64,000 nt of DNA from an uncultured Chloroflexia bacterium (GCA_963751345.1 CAVVUS010000043.1:32001-96000), one strand, 5' to 3'; shown: positions 1-10,577, counted from the stretch's first letter. The notes: generated by a model from the letters alone, not told the origin. Program-made: numbers and translations.

Positions 1-67
1 ATTGCACCAGGGCCACGGCGTCCCCAATCTCAGCCGGACGTCTGTAGTGCTTGACGTTGCGCAGCAT
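1..67 (-). CDS. 5' end of a gene running off the window edge; possibly a xanthine/CO dehydrogenase FAD-binding subunit
   Basis: ATG at 67 after GGAGGG RBS; reads MLRNVKHYRRPAEIGDAVALVQ (Y-x-x-P-x-x-x-x-x-A start typical of such subunits); lies downstream of a purine/nucleoside ABC operon. Confidence 0.4.
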   Translation of the reverse strand, partial: MLRNVKHYRRPAEIGDAVALVQ

Positions 68-78
68 GTCGCCCTCCT

Positions 79-630
79 TTACTCCTCAACTCTCCAGAAC
101 TGCTGCTCCTGCTGCCAACCCTTGAGCGTGTCCTCGGGAGGGCAGATCACCAACCCGGTCGACTCGACGGTCACCGTCCCATCGGGGAGACGAATCTCGC
201 CTGCGACCTCAGCCGACCGCCGTCGCTGCTTCACGACCCACCCGACCACCGTCAACGGCGTCTCCGTGGGCGTTGGCTTGCGGTATTTCACCTCGAGCTT
301 GGCCGTTACCCAGAAGGGATTCCCCTCCGATGCCATCATCAGGGCACGCCCGGTCGCCTCATCCAGGATCGTTGCCAGAATGCCCCCATGGGCAATGCCG
401 GGATATCCCTGGTACCGCTCCGGGATCACCAATGGAACAACAATCTGTTGGTTCTCGTGATCTTCATAGAACCGGATATGCAGCCCCACGGGATTTTCGC
501 GGCCGCAGACGAAACACATACGCGATGTCGGCTGGGGCCGCCAATGGGCGGGAACTGCCTGCTGCCCTGCCGCTTCACCCTCTCGTATGCCCGCCGGCTC
601 ATTTCCCAGCTCCCTGGTTTTGTCGCTCAC
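79..630 (-). CDS. PaaI family thioesterase
   Basis: CFVCGxxNPxGL and HGGILATILDE hot-dog fold motifs. Confidence 0.85.
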   Translation of the reverse strand: MSDKTRELGNEPAGIREGEAAGQQAVPAHWRPQPTSRMCFVCGRENPVGLHIRFYEDHENQQIVVPLVIPERYQGYPGIAHGGILATILDEATGRALMMASEGNPFWVTAKLEVKYRKPTPTETPLTVVGWVVKQRRRSAEVAGEIRLPDGTVTVESTGLVICPPEDTLKGWQQEQQFWRVEE

Positions 631-651
631 TCCCCTTCTCGCTTTCTCATC

Positions 652-1614
652 TCACTTTCCCTCCCGCATATAGGGCTCTCCCAGAGCGGCAGGCGCCCCT
701 ATATGATGGCTCAGCCTCTCCCACCACGTCATCGCCACCAGGACGACAATCGTCGCGATGTAGGGGAGCATGTTCAGGTAGGCAGATGGAATCGTCGTTC
801 CCCCTGCCTGCAGGCGAAACTGCACCGCATTGATCCCCCCGAAGAGAACCGCACCCAGGACGGCACGGGCCGGATTCCACATAGCGAAGATGACCAACGC
901 GATCACGATCCAGCCCCTCCCGCCGGTGATATTCGCGGACCACCCCGGCGCGTAGGCCAGCGATAGATGCGCACCGCCCAACCCAACGAGACTCCCACCG
1001 AGAATGGTGTAAGTATAGCGCGTCTTCAACACGTTGATGCCCATCGCGTCAGCAGTCTGCGGGCTCTCGCCGACGGCACGAAGGTTCAGCCCGTTGCGCG
1101 TGCGATAGAGGTAGAACCAGGCGAGCGGCACCAGCAGGAAAAGGAGATACGTGAGGAGGTCCTGTCTGAAGAATGCCCCCACAACCGGTATCTGGCTCAG
1201 TACGGGGATCTCGATGGGCGAGAATCGTGGGCCGACGAGGCCTACCAGGTTACGATTATTGGCGGCCGGACCCAATCGCTCCCCCAGAAAACTCGCCAGA
1301 CCCGTACCGAACAGTGTGATACTCAGGCCACTGACAACCTGATTGGCCCGCATGGTCACGGTCAGAAAGGCGTGAATCGTGGCCAGCGCGGCGCCCGCCG
1401 CCATCGCAGCCAACACACCCAGCCAGACATTGCCGGTGTAGTAAGCCGTGGCGAACCCGGTCACCGCACCCGTTAGCATCATCCCCTCAACGCCGAGGTT
1501 GAGAATGCCCGATCGCTCCGTATAGATCTCCCCAACGGTCCCGTAAATCAGTGACGCACCTGCACGCAGCGTGATCGTGAGGATTGAGGTGATCAAGGTA
1601 AAGAGCCCGCTCAC
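652..1614 (-). CDS. Nucleoside/sugar ABC transporter permease
   Basis: ERSGILNLGVEGMML, GLNLRAVGE, GRGWIVIALV motifs; GTG start after AGGAGG. Confidence 0.9.
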   Translation of the reverse strand: MSGLFTLITSILTITLRAGASLIYGTVGEIYTERSGILNLGVEGMMLTGAVTGFATAYYTGNVWLGVLAAMAAGAALATIHAFLTVTMRANQVVSGLSITLFGTGLASFLGERLGPAANNRNLVGLVGPRFSPIEIPVLSQIPVVGAFFRQDLLTYLLFLLVPLAWFYLYRTRNGLNLRAVGESPQTADAMGINVLKTRYTYTILGGSLVGLGGAHLSLAYAPGWSANITGGRGWIVIALVIFAMWNPARAVLGAVLFGGINAVQFRLQAGGTTIPSAYLNMLPYIATIVVLVAMTWWERLSHHIGAPAALGEPYMREGK

Positions 1615-1648
1615 GCTGCCTCCTCCTACACCTGGGTCCTGCGATGGC

Positions 1649-2758
1649 TCAGGACCCTGCTCCCGACAGGGCGACCTCAGGGGAATCAAGCTCCACAGCA
1701 CCGGTGGGCTCTCGTTTCAGGTCCAGGGCATACTCCCGGAAGAGAATGCCGGCCAGCATCGGGATCAACAGCATGCCCTGGAGCACCAGGCCTACCGAGG
1801 CGGGAAGATGCATACTTAGCTGAATCTGGTCGCCGCCGACCAGCAGCCCTGCCATAAGGATGGCTACAAAGACCACGCCGATGGGGTTCAGTTGGGCCAT
1901 CCACGCAATAATGATCGCCGTGTATCCGTAGCCCACCGAAATGCCTTGTTGAAGCCGCCGCGACAACCCAAGCAGCTCGGCGGCACCCGCCAGGCCACTG
2001 ATCGCGCCGGAGATCAACAACGTCACTACGATGTTCCGCGCGATGTTGATGCCCAGATAACGAGCAGCTGTGGGATTGGACCCAATGATCTTGAGCTCAA
2101 AGCCCCATTTTGTATAGCGAAAGACCGCCCACAGCAGGATCGCCAACCCTAGCCCGAAGAAAATGCCCACGTGGGCTCTTCCCGCGATCCTGGGAAGCCA
2201 GGTGAACTCCGGGATGGGCGCGGTACCGGAGTTGTATCCTGGGGCACGCCAGGCGATATAGTAGAGGTGCTGCGAATAGAGGATTGCGACGTAATTCAGC
2301 ATCAGCGTCGTCAACGTCTCGTCGACGTTCAGCTTCGCCTTGAGGACTGCCGGTATTCCGGCCCACAACGCACCTGCGACGCAACCCGCCAGGATGGCCA
2401 GCGGAAGTATCGTCCAGGGCGGCAGGTGCTGTGACCAGAAGAGCGCCACCCCAGCCGCAGCCACCGCGCCGAGCGTCAGTTGACCCTCGGCGCCGATGTT
2501 CCAGAACCGCATACGGAAGGCTAACGCCACACCCAGCCCGGTCAATATCAGGGGGGTGCTCTTGACCAGAACTTCGCTCAAACCATAGCCGGAACCGAAC
2601 GCTCCCATAAACATCGAGGCGTAGGTCACAAACGGGTTCGCCCCAGACACTGCCAATAGAATCGCGCCGAATCCTAGCGAGACTCCGAACGAAATCACAG
2701 GGACAAGGATGGAGGCACGACGGGAGATCGACTCTCGCTTTCTCAGGGCAATCTGCAT
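1649..2758 (-). CDS. Nucleoside/sugar ABC transporter permease
   Basis: WNIGAEGQL and GYGYTAIIIA motifs; polytopic membrane protein. Confidence 0.9.
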   Translation of the reverse strand: MQIALRKRESISRRASILVPVISFGVSLGFGAILLAVSGANPFVTYASMFMGAFGSGYGLSEVLVKSTPLILTGLGVALAFRMRFWNIGAEGQLTLGAVAAAGVALFWSQHLPPWTILPLAILAGCVAGALWAGIPAVLKAKLNVDETLTTLMLNYVAILYSQHLYYIAWRAPGYNSGTAPIPEFTWLPRIAGRAHVGIFFGLGLAILLWAVFRYTKWGFELKIIGSNPTAARYLGINIARNIVVTLLISGAISGLAGAAELLGLSRRLQQGISVGYGYTAIIIAWMAQLNPIGVVFVAILMAGLLVGGDQIQLSMHLPASVGLVLQGMLLIPMLAGILFREYALDLKREPTGAVELDSPEVALSGAGS

Positions 2759-2760
2759 CG

Positions 2761-4320
2761 CTAGGCTACCTCTTCGCCGGAGAGAGGCTCAATCGCCCCC
2801 GCCATCATCAGCCCCAACGTCTCAACACCAGCTTCGTCGGCGGGCAGGATGCCCATCAACTTGCCTTCGTAAAGCACGGCGATCCGGTCGGACACCGACC
2901 GCAGTTCGTCGAGATCTTCGGAGATGAGCAGTACCGCACGCTGCTCGTCCCGCTGCTCCACGAGACGCATACGCACCGCCTCGGTAGCACCGACATCGAG
3001 GCCCCGAGAGGGGTAGACTGCGACGAGCAATCCTGCACACGCGTCGATCTCACGCGCCAGGATCGTCTTCTGAATGTTCCCGCCCGAGAGGAATTTCACG
3101 TAGGTCTTCGGGCTCGGCGTCGAGATCTGAAAGATCTCGATCATCGAACGCGCGAAATCCCGGATACGCTGCTGGTTGAGCACGCCGTGTCGTCCCAACG
3201 GCGGGTTCCGGTACCCCTTCATGGCGATGTTGTCCGCCACCGCCATATCGCCCACCGATCCCATCCCCATCCGATCGGCCGGAATGTGACTGACGCCGGA
3301 TCGAATCGCATCCAGAGGCGTGCAGTTCGTCAAGTCCAGTTCGTTGATCGAGACTTTCCCACGGGTGATCGGACGCAACCCGGTCACCACCTCCGCCAAC
3401 TCCTGCTGGCCGTTTCCGGCCACACCGGCGATACCCAGGATCTCTCCCTGCCGCAGGGTAAAGGAGACCCCTCGCAACGCAGGAAGCCCTTTGTCATTCA
3501 GGCAATGGATATCCTCCAACACCAGGACCGGCGAGCCGGGCATCGCCGCCTTCTTCTCGAGGCGGAACAAGACTTCCCGCCCCACCATCAGTCGCGCTAA
3601 CTCCCGGGGATTGGTCTCTGCCGTCTTCTTTGTCGCCACGACCTCCCCGTGTCGAAGCACACACACACGATCCGAGAAGGCAACGACCTCTCCCATCTTG
3701 TGGGTGATAAAAATGGTGGATTTGCCCTCTCCCCGCATCACGTCCAGGACCCTACCCAGATCTTCCGCCTCCTGGGGTGTCAGGACTGCCGTGGGCTCAT
3801 CCAGAATCAGGATGTCGGCGCCACGGTAGATGAGCTTCAGGATCTCAACCCGCTGCTGCTCTCCCACGCTCAACTGCCAGACGTACGCCCGCGGATCGAC
3901 CTTGAGGCTATATCGCTCCGAAAGCTCCAGGATACGCGACTCGATCTCGGGCAGATCGGGGATGAGCGGCAGGTCAGGCAGACCCAGGATGATATTCTGC
4001 GCCACGGTCATGGTGGGGATCAACTTGAAGTTCTGATGAACCATGCCGATACCGAGTTCGGCAGCATCGCGGGGCGAATGAACTTCGACGCGCTGATCGT
4101 GAACGATGATCTCGCCGGCATCGGGACGGTAGAGACCGACGAGGATATTCATCAGAGTGCTCTTGCCGGCACCATTCTCCCCCAAGAGGGCCAGGACCTC
4201 GGCAGGATAGAGATCGAGATCGACGTTGTGGTTCGCGAGGACACCGGGGAATCGCTTTGTGATGCCACGCAGTTGCAGCGCCGCACGCTCCGAGTCGACC
4301 TGCTCCTTGGAATGAATCAT
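2761..4320 (-). CDS. ABC transporter ATP-binding protein (tandem NBD, CUT2 type)
   Basis: GENGAGKST, LSVGEQQ, LDEPT, LSGGNIQK. Confidence 0.95.
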   Translation of the reverse strand: MIHSKEQVDSERAALQLRGITKRFPGVLANHNVDLDLYPAEVLALLGENGAGKSTLMNILVGLYRPDAGEIIVHDQRVEVHSPRDAAELGIGMVHQNFKLIPTMTVAQNIILGLPDLPLIPDLPEIESRILELSERYSLKVDPRAYVWQLSVGEQQRVEILKLIYRGADILILDEPTAVLTPQEAEDLGRVLDVMRGEGKSTIFITHKMGEVVAFSDRVCVLRHGEVVATKKTAETNPRELARLMVGREVLFRLEKKAAMPGSPVLVLEDIHCLNDKGLPALRGVSFTLRQGEILGIAGVAGNGQQELAEVVTGLRPITRGKVSINELDLTNCTPLDAIRSGVSHIPADRMGMGSVGDMAVADNIAMKGYRNPPLGRHGVLNQQRIRDFARSMIEIFQISTPSPKTYVKFLSGGNIQKTILAREIDACAGLLVAVYPSRGLDVGATEAVRMRLVEQRDEQRAVLLISEDLDELRSVSDRIAVLYEGKLMGILPADEAGVETLGLMMAGAIEPLSGEEVA

Positions 4321-4353
4321 ACTGGAATCGTTCTTTTTAGGGTGATCAATAGA

Positions 4354-4390
4354 AAGCGGGGCCGGGTCCCAGCGGAACCTGACCCCGCTT
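4354..4390 (-). terminator. Intercistronic stem-loop after the substrate-binding protein gene
   Basis: AAGCGGGG...CCCCGCTT inverted repeat between the BMP gene and the ATPase gene. Confidence 0.55.
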
Positions 4391-4407
4391 CCTAGAACCT
4401 AACCCGC

Positions 4408-5499
4408 CTATTGCGCGGGGATCGTTCCAACAACGCCGTCAACAAAGGTCATCATGCTGAGCAGCGATGCGTCATCCATACACTGCCCGGCTGCGACCAT
4501 CGTGCTGCCGTCCTGTGCCGTGATCGGCCCACAGAAGACATCGTCACCACCGGTGATCTTGTCCTGTGCCGCTGCTACCAGATCACGCACATCCTGGGGT
4601 ACCTTCGGGCTGAAATCGGCCAGCTTCACCACACCATCCGCGAGACCGCCCCAGTATTGGTGCGTCTGCCACTTGCCGTCGATCCCTGCCTGGATGGTAT
4701 CGATGTAGTAGGGGCCCCAGTTCCAGATTGGGCTCGTGAGGACGGTGTCGCCAACGAACGAACGCATGTCCGAGTCATAGCCGATGCTCAGCGCCCCACG
4801 CTCCTGGGCAGCCTTCTGCGGCTCCGTGGTGTCCTGATGCTGCGCGATGATGTCAACACCGGAATCGAGCAAGGCGATCGCCGCCTCGCGCTCCAGCACA
4901 GGATCGTACCAGGTGTTGGTCCAGACAACGTGCACCGTGGCATCGGGATTGACCGAGCGCACACCAAGGGTGAACGCGTTGATACCGCGAATGACCTCGG
5001 GGATCGGGAAGGCTCCAACGTAACCGATGTCGTTAGCCTGGGTCATTTTGCCGGCAACGATGCCCGAAAGGAAACGCGCCTGATAGATCCGTCCGAAGTA
5101 CGTGGACATATTCTCAAGCGTCTTTGAGCCCGAGCAGTGCTCGAACATGACGTCGGGGAATTCCTGGGCGACCTCATACATAGGATCCATATACCCGAAT
5201 GAGGTGGCAAAAATCATGTTGTAGCCCTCTTGGGCATATTGACGGATAACGCGAGCCGCATCGGGGCCCTCCGGCACGTTCTCAACGTAGGTGGTCTCGA
5301 CGGCGTCTCCGAGGGTCGCCTCGACCTGTTTGCGGCCTCGGTCGTGTTCGTAGGTCCAACCGAGATCTCCAGGGGGGCCAATGTAGACATACGCTACTTT
5401 GAAGGGCTTATCGGACGTTGCCTGCCCGGCGTTACACGCCTCGAGGGCCATCGCTAGCACCAGCATCAAGCCAATCACCACCAACATACGCCGTTTCAT
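4408..5499 (-). CDS. BMP family ABC substrate-binding lipoprotein (purine/nucleoside)
   Basis: Lipobox LEAC; DLGWTYEH, ATSFGY, WYDP, QHQD motifs; strong RBS. Confidence 0.92.
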   Translation of the reverse strand: MKRRMLVVIGLMLVLAMALEACNAGQATSDKPFKVAYVYIGPPGDLGWTYEHDRGRKQVEATLGDAVETTYVENVPEGPDAARVIRQYAQEGYNMIFATSFGYMDPMYEVAQEFPDVMFEHCSGSKTLENMSTYFGRIYQARFLSGIVAGKMTQANDIGYVGAFPIPEVIRGINAFTLGVRSVNPDATVHVVWTNTWYDPVLEREAAIALLDSGVDIIAQHQDTTEPQKAAQERGALSIGYDSDMRSFVGDTVLTSPIWNWGPYYIDTIQAGIDGKWQTHQYWGGLADGVVKLADFSPKVPQDVRDLVAAAQDKITGGDDVFCGPITAQDGSTMVAAGQCMDDASLLSMMTFVDGVVGTIPAQ

Positions 5500-5611
5500 A
5501 CGCACTCTCCTCCTCCATGAACGAGATGAACACACACGGCTCCATTCCCTATGGGGTCTAGGGAAAGCGGGGGGCCACGTCCATTGTAACAGACGTTATG
5601 GTGTTGTCCAC

Positions 5612-5660
5612 CAAAGAACGTGCTGCCGGCCAAGGTTAAGACGTTGGCACGTCAGCACGT
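5612..5660 (-). terminator. Probable intrinsic terminator downstream of rnz
   Basis: ACGTGCTG..GCCAA / TTGGC..CAGCACGT hairpin followed by TCTTT on the minus strand. Confidence 0.5.
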
Positions 5661-5681
5661 CACATGTTGGGTCTTTCGAGG

Positions 5682-6665
5682 TCATGGTATGACGTCATTC
5701 TCAGACAACTCCGAATCATCCTGCAACTGCTCGTTCGTGAAGGTGATCCTCTCACGCGTTACGGAGAACCTGTCGAAGTCGCGTGCGATGACGGTCGACT
5801 CGAATAGGGGCTGGGCTTCGGCAAGAATGTCACGAATGCGATACCGCTGCGACAGGTGGTTAAGCACCAACATCCGCACGCCGGCCTCCCGTGCCAGCCA
5901 GGCCGCCTGTCCTGCCGTGATATGGCCGAACCGGCGCGCCATATCGCTATCCTGGGAAAGATAAGTGGCTTCGCAGACCAGCAAATCTGCGCCCTGGACA
6001 GCTTCGACCAGATCCTCCACCTCGCCGATGTCTCCGGTCACCACAATAGAAGTACCTGATCGCGCGGGGCCCAGCACATCATCGGGCTCGATCCGTCGTC
6101 CGTCATTCAGCGTGATCGGTTGGCCGTTCACGAGATCCCGTCGCATGGGTCCTTGGGGCACACCTAACGCCTCGGCACGCTCGGGAAGAAACGGTCGCCG
6201 GGGCTTCTCAGAGAATCGATAGCCCAGACATCCCGGCCCACGGTGGCGGACGGCGAAGGCCCTCACTTCGAATTCCTCGCTCTCGAGGAGGACCCCCGGC
6301 TCGACATCCACCAGATCGATGTCGACGGGTGGACGTGCCCCGCGCAAGACCACGCCGAAGATCAGGTCCGACACACGATCGAGCGACCGCTGTCCTCCGT
6401 AGATCTCCATACGCTCAACGGCCTCCCAGCGCGCGAAGGTGGAGACCAACCCGCCGAGGCCGAGAATGTGATCCAGGTGCCCGTGTGTCAGCAGCACGCG
6501 ATTGAGGCGGCGAAACCCTAACCCACTGCGCAGGATTTGGCGCTGCGTTCCCTCACCGCAATCGATGAGAAAGCGTTCGTCCCGATAGAGCAGAACCTGT
6601 GCCGGCAGCCCGCGCTGAATCGAGGGCGCCGAGGCAGCGGTTCCGATGAAGACCAACTCAAGCAT
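5682..6665 (-). CDS. rnz: Ribonuclease Z
   Basis: DCGEGTQRQ, THGHLDH (HxHxDH), GP-type exosite arm, EATY, HIT, HLSQRY. Confidence 0.93.
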   Translation of the reverse strand: MLELVFIGTAASAPSIQRGLPAQVLLYRDERFLIDCGEGTQRQILRSGLGFRRLNRVLLTHGHLDHILGLGGLVSTFARWEAVERMEIYGGQRSLDRVSDLIFGVVLRGARPPVDIDLVDVEPGVLLESEEFEVRAFAVRHRGPGCLGYRFSEKPRRPFLPERAEALGVPQGPMRRDLVNGQPITLNDGRRIEPDDVLGPARSGTSIVVTGDIGEVEDLVEAVQGADLLVCEATYLSQDSDMARRFGHITAGQAAWLAREAGVRMLVLNHLSQRYRIRDILAEAQPLFESTVIARDFDRFSVTRERITFTNEQLQDDSELSENDVIP

Positions 6666-6674
6666 AGAAACTCC

Positions 6675-7772
6675 CTAATACTGAATGGTGCGCTCACCAG
6701 GCTCGATAGCGGGTTCGATCGACGATACGCCGCCGGCCCTTAACAGACCGGGGTCCCCAATCTCTCCTTCGACACTCACCCCATCGAAGCCAAACTGATG
6801 TGCGACCGATACGTTCGTTAAAAGATGGCGGGTAATCCGCGATACGGTAGCCTGCGATGCCCCTTGAGCCAGGGCAAAAGGGATGACGAGCTGGTCCCCA
6901 AGATGCGGGTCCACCGCTGCCCCCGTTCGGTGATGCTCCAGGAGCGCACGGCACCCGATTTCGGCCACCTCTTCCGAGGGCAATCGGAGCCTCCCGAGTG
7001 AGAGAAACCCGGCCTGGGCGTACTCATAGCGGGCGCAGAGGAATAACCCGGTTCCCGTTCCCGGTGAGCGCACGTGCTCCGGGACAATTCGGGCCTCAAG
7101 TCCGGCATCTTTGAGGATCGACCGCGCGCGATTTGTCATTCGCTGGGGGATGTGAGAGGGCAGCTTGGACGCAAATGCAACCCCTTCTACCCTCAGCAGG
7201 GCGCCGCGCTCGGTGAAGTCGTGGCCACGCAGGCGGGCATCCCCACGAATCTCTGCGACCAGCTCGCCGCCTCCCTCAGGGTAGAATCCCCAAAGTTTGT
7301 GGTCCAGCCGCGCGCGGACGCCCATCTCGAAAAGCGAGGGCAAATAGACCTTCTCGAGGTAAAGTGCCGGGGGACTCATCGGCACCGTCGTGCCACCCAG
7401 CAGGCTGACCTCCGACGGCCCGCTTGCCAGGGCGAGTGGCAGCAGCAACGTCTGGAGGACGAGGGTCACGGCCCCGGCGGATCCTCCTTGCGTCGCATCG
7501 GCGACGTCAAAGAGATAATCACCGGGGATACATGCAGCCTGAGGTTCGAACTCCAGGGACTGACTGCCCAAGGTGTCCCCATCCAACCTGGCCCGACAGA
7601 GCGCAGCCGCGGATCGGACCGCCGTGACGTGCTGGGGCCGGAGTCCGGGCTTGGAGCGATTAGCGCGAATATTGGCCAGCCGAAAGCTCTGTCCCGTTAC
7701 AATCGCCAGCGACAGAGCCGAACGCAAGATCTGCCCGCCGCCTTCGCCAAAAGAACCATCAATCTCAAGCAT
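6675..7772 (-). CDS. rtcA: RNA 3'-terminal phosphate cyclase
   Basis: IDGSFGEGGGQILR, KPGLRPQH, GFYPEGGG, DPHLGDQL; start is 7772 or 7781. Confidence 0.95.
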   Translation of the reverse strand: MLEIDGSFGEGGGQILRSALSLAIVTGQSFRLANIRANRSKPGLRPQHVTAVRSAAALCRARLDGDTLGSQSLEFEPQAACIPGDYLFDVADATQGGSAGAVTLVLQTLLLPLALASGPSEVSLLGGTTVPMSPPALYLEKVYLPSLFEMGVRARLDHKLWGFYPEGGGELVAEIRGDARLRGHDFTERGALLRVEGVAFASKLPSHIPQRMTNRARSILKDAGLEARIVPEHVRSPGTGTGLFLCARYEYAQAGFLSLGRLRLPSEEVAEIGCRALLEHHRTGAAVDPHLGDQLVIPFALAQGASQATVSRITRHLLTNVSVAHQFGFDGVSVEGEIGDPGLLRAGGVSSIEPAIEPGERTIQY

Positions 7773-7853
7773 CCTATTCATTATAGAGAGTTCGTCGGTT
7801 TGACAACCACGACCTTTCTATAATGGGCTCTCGCCGTGGCCCTCTTGCGCCGA

Positions 7854-9437
7854 TTACCTCACGGGAGGCTCCGTCCCAAGGCCGAGAGCGGCAGTAAAGT
7901 ACCGGGCAATCAACGGCTGCAGGTCCTCGTCCGTATGGGTTTGGAGAACCGCGAAGAAATCAGCCGGCCCCACCAGGCGTCCCTCTCCAGCATCGCGATA
8001 GTCCCTGAGGAATGCGAAGAATGCCTCATCCCCTATCCGAGCCCTCAGATCCGCAAGGAAACGGGCGCCCTGGAGGTAGACCTGCTGGGTGTACTGTGAT
8101 GTGGACTCAAAGTCATAGATGGTGCGATCGATAGGGCCGGTCGGGTCCTTGACATAGATGTGATTCTCCCACCACCACCGGCTGAGTTCAGGTGCATACC
8201 GCTCGTAGAATAGAAGTTCACTGTATTTCGCAAGTGCCTCATCCAACCACGGGTCGTGGACCTGATCGTTCCCCACCGCGCCGTACCACCACTGGTGCGC
8301 GGTCTCGTGCACAGTCAAACTCACCAGCAGGGCACGGGGACTGTCACTGTAGATTTGGAATGCCTGATTGCTCAGGCTTATCAAGCCCGAGTACTCCATC
8401 GAGCCGTTGTAGGCGTTCTGGGCCGCTACCAGACCCTGCGCGGGATAGGGGCCGAATCGATCGTCGAAGATACCGATCGCCCTGCCGGCGGTGTCCAGGA
8501 CTGCCTGAGCAGCTTCCGCGTAGCCGGGAAGGTAGTACACGCGCAGAGGGACGCCGGAGGGAGTGTCCTGGATGAACTGGTAATCCGTACTGGCCAGGAA
8601 GGCGAAACACCGGGCGCGTTTGAGGCGATACTGTCGCACGTTCCCCTGCCGCGTCTCAACGCCGGGGGCGGCAATGACGACGCGGGGATCGGCCGTCAGC
8701 CGAACGTCATAGTCGGCCAGGGGATAGATTGTCGGGTCTCCGACGGGATAATAGGACCAGGTCTGCCATCCGACGCCTTCCAGATAGGGTACCAGGGTGG
8801 GATGCCAATCCCCCACCTGGATCACGCGTTCCCCTGCGCCGAGGTTCCCCTCCGGTAGCCAGGCGGTGGCGTCGATGACCGGGATCCTCATGCTGTAGAC
8901 GAGCGTGAGCGAGACCGGCTCGCCCGATCGGACCGGCGCCGGCATCGTGACGTGAAGCATGATGCCATCGAGGGTCGTCGTCGCCGTAGCCTGGTCCCAC
9001 CTGGTCGCGACGTCGACGTGGTCCAGCAAGAAGACACCGGGCGCATGCGCGGGGATGACAGAGAAGACGATTTCGGTCCACGCTTCTGCCGTCTCGTTGG
9101 CGAGCAGAACGTCCTGCGTCACCTGCAGACGACGATCCGGATGATTCAGAACGATGTCTAGGGTCACCTGCGGGGTTTCGAGACCCTCTACGGACTCCGG
9201 CAACTGGAGGAGGTGCTGTGGCGTCGGCGTCGGAGCGTCAGGGGCGGCGGTTGCAGTGAGGCGGCGTTGTGGCGATGGCGTCAGGGTCGCGATGGGCGCC
9301 CGTGGCGAGGGCACCGCCCGGCTGACCTCCGGAGTGGTGATGGGGGGAACCCGAGTTGGGCGACATCCTACGGCAAGCCCAAGAACCAGGGCGCCCCCCA
9401 GAAGCGACCACGCACATCGAGAGAGTTTGGTCAGCAC
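7854..9437 (-). CDS. M1 family metallopeptidase lipoprotein
   Basis: Lipobox AVGC, P/T linker, GSMEY, HETAH...WLDEA zinc motif. Confidence 0.88.
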   Translation of the reverse strand: MLTKLSRCAWSLLGGALVLGLAVGCRPTRVPPITTPEVSRAVPSPRAPIATLTPSPQRRLTATAAPDAPTPTPQHLLQLPESVEGLETPQVTLDIVLNHPDRRLQVTQDVLLANETAEAWTEIVFSVIPAHAPGVFLLDHVDVATRWDQATATTTLDGIMLHVTMPAPVRSGEPVSLTLVYSMRIPVIDATAWLPEGNLGAGERVIQVGDWHPTLVPYLEGVGWQTWSYYPVGDPTIYPLADYDVRLTADPRVVIAAPGVETRQGNVRQYRLKRARCFAFLASTDYQFIQDTPSGVPLRVYYLPGYAEAAQAVLDTAGRAIGIFDDRFGPYPAQGLVAAQNAYNGSMEYSGLISLSNQAFQIYSDSPRALLVSLTVHETAHQWWYGAVGNDQVHDPWLDEALAKYSELLFYERYAPELSRWWWENHIYVKDPTGPIDRTIYDFESTSQYTQQVYLQGARFLADLRARIGDEAFFAFLRDYRDAGEGRLVGPADFFAVLQTHTDEDLQPLIARYFTAALGLGTEPPVR

Positions 9438-9438
9438 A

Positions 9439-10465
9439 TCAGTAGTGCGTCACCACCTTGGTCCCCACGGATGCAAAATTGTAGAACCACTCAGCGTCCG
9501 GAAGCGAGAGGTTGACACAGCCGTGGCTCATGGGATGCCCGAAGTTGTTGTGCCAGTAGGCACCGTGAATGGCATAACCGCGGTAGAAGTACATCGTGTG
9601 CGGTACATTGGGTAGGTAGTAACCCGGCCCACTCATCGGCGTGTAGCGGTACTTCACGTAGATGCTGAAGGTCCCCACGACCGTCGGCGTGCCCGGCAGT
9701 CCCGTCGACACGAGCGCAGAATAGACGGCCGTCTGCCCCTCATACGCCGTGATCCGCTGCTGGGAGAGGTTCACATCGATCCACCTCTCGCCGCCCGTTC
9801 CCGGGATTCGGGGTGGGCTGCGGGGTGGGCTGCGGTGCAGGAGGCTGGCTTGGCGTGTTGCTGCCGCCGGGGATCTTGAGCCGCTGTCCCACGTAGATCG
9901 TGTTCGACACCAGCCCGTTGACGGAGCTCAACGCACTTACAGTGGTGCCATAGGCGCGGGCGATGCTGAAGAGCGTGTTGCCCGGCTGGACTACGTAGAC
10001 TTGGTCACCGGTAGAGGGAGGCGTTGGATTATCAGGCGCGGGAGAGGCCTGCCCGCCGGGGATGGCCAATCGTTGGCCCACGTACACCCACGAGTTCCAG
10101 TAAAGGCCATTGAGGGTTGCCAGTTCGCTGACACTCACCCCATACCGCGCCGCGATACTCACCAGCGTATCCCCGCGCTGGACGACGTAGGTCGTACCAC
10201 TGGGAGCGGGAGCCGGATTCAGCGGCGCACTGGTGGGGATAATCAGGCGTTGGCCTGCATAGACCCAGGAGTTCCACCCCAGGCCGTTGGCCGCCGCTAA
10301 CTGGCTGAGCGACAGCCCGTAACGCGCTGCGATGCGGGTCAACGTGTCCCCGGCTTGAACGATGTACGTCGTGTTCGCCACAGGCGCCGCCAGGACCGGC
10401 TGCCACGTGGTCAGAGTCAGTAATGCAACCAGCGCCCACAGGAGAGAAATGCGCCACCGCTTCAT
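9439..10465 (-). CDS. Secreted 3xLysM L,D-transpeptidase (frameshift near 9795)
   Basis: Three LysM repeats, then YkuD domain with HGAYWH...SHGCVN; removing one G restores [12 protein letters not shown]. Confidence 0.9.
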
Positions 10466-10577
10466 CGCACAGACTCCTTTCAAGAACCCGCGATATCTAC
10501 CTCTATGGTATCAGCTTTTCGGGAGCCTGCACGCTACGTTGTGTTGCAGATGGGTTAAGAATGAGGATGCGCGGCGG

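Noticed and set aside
5500-5612. Purine riboswitch upstream of the BMP operon
   Set aside because: Short leader after a TGnTACAAT promoter-like box; no purine aptamer consensus
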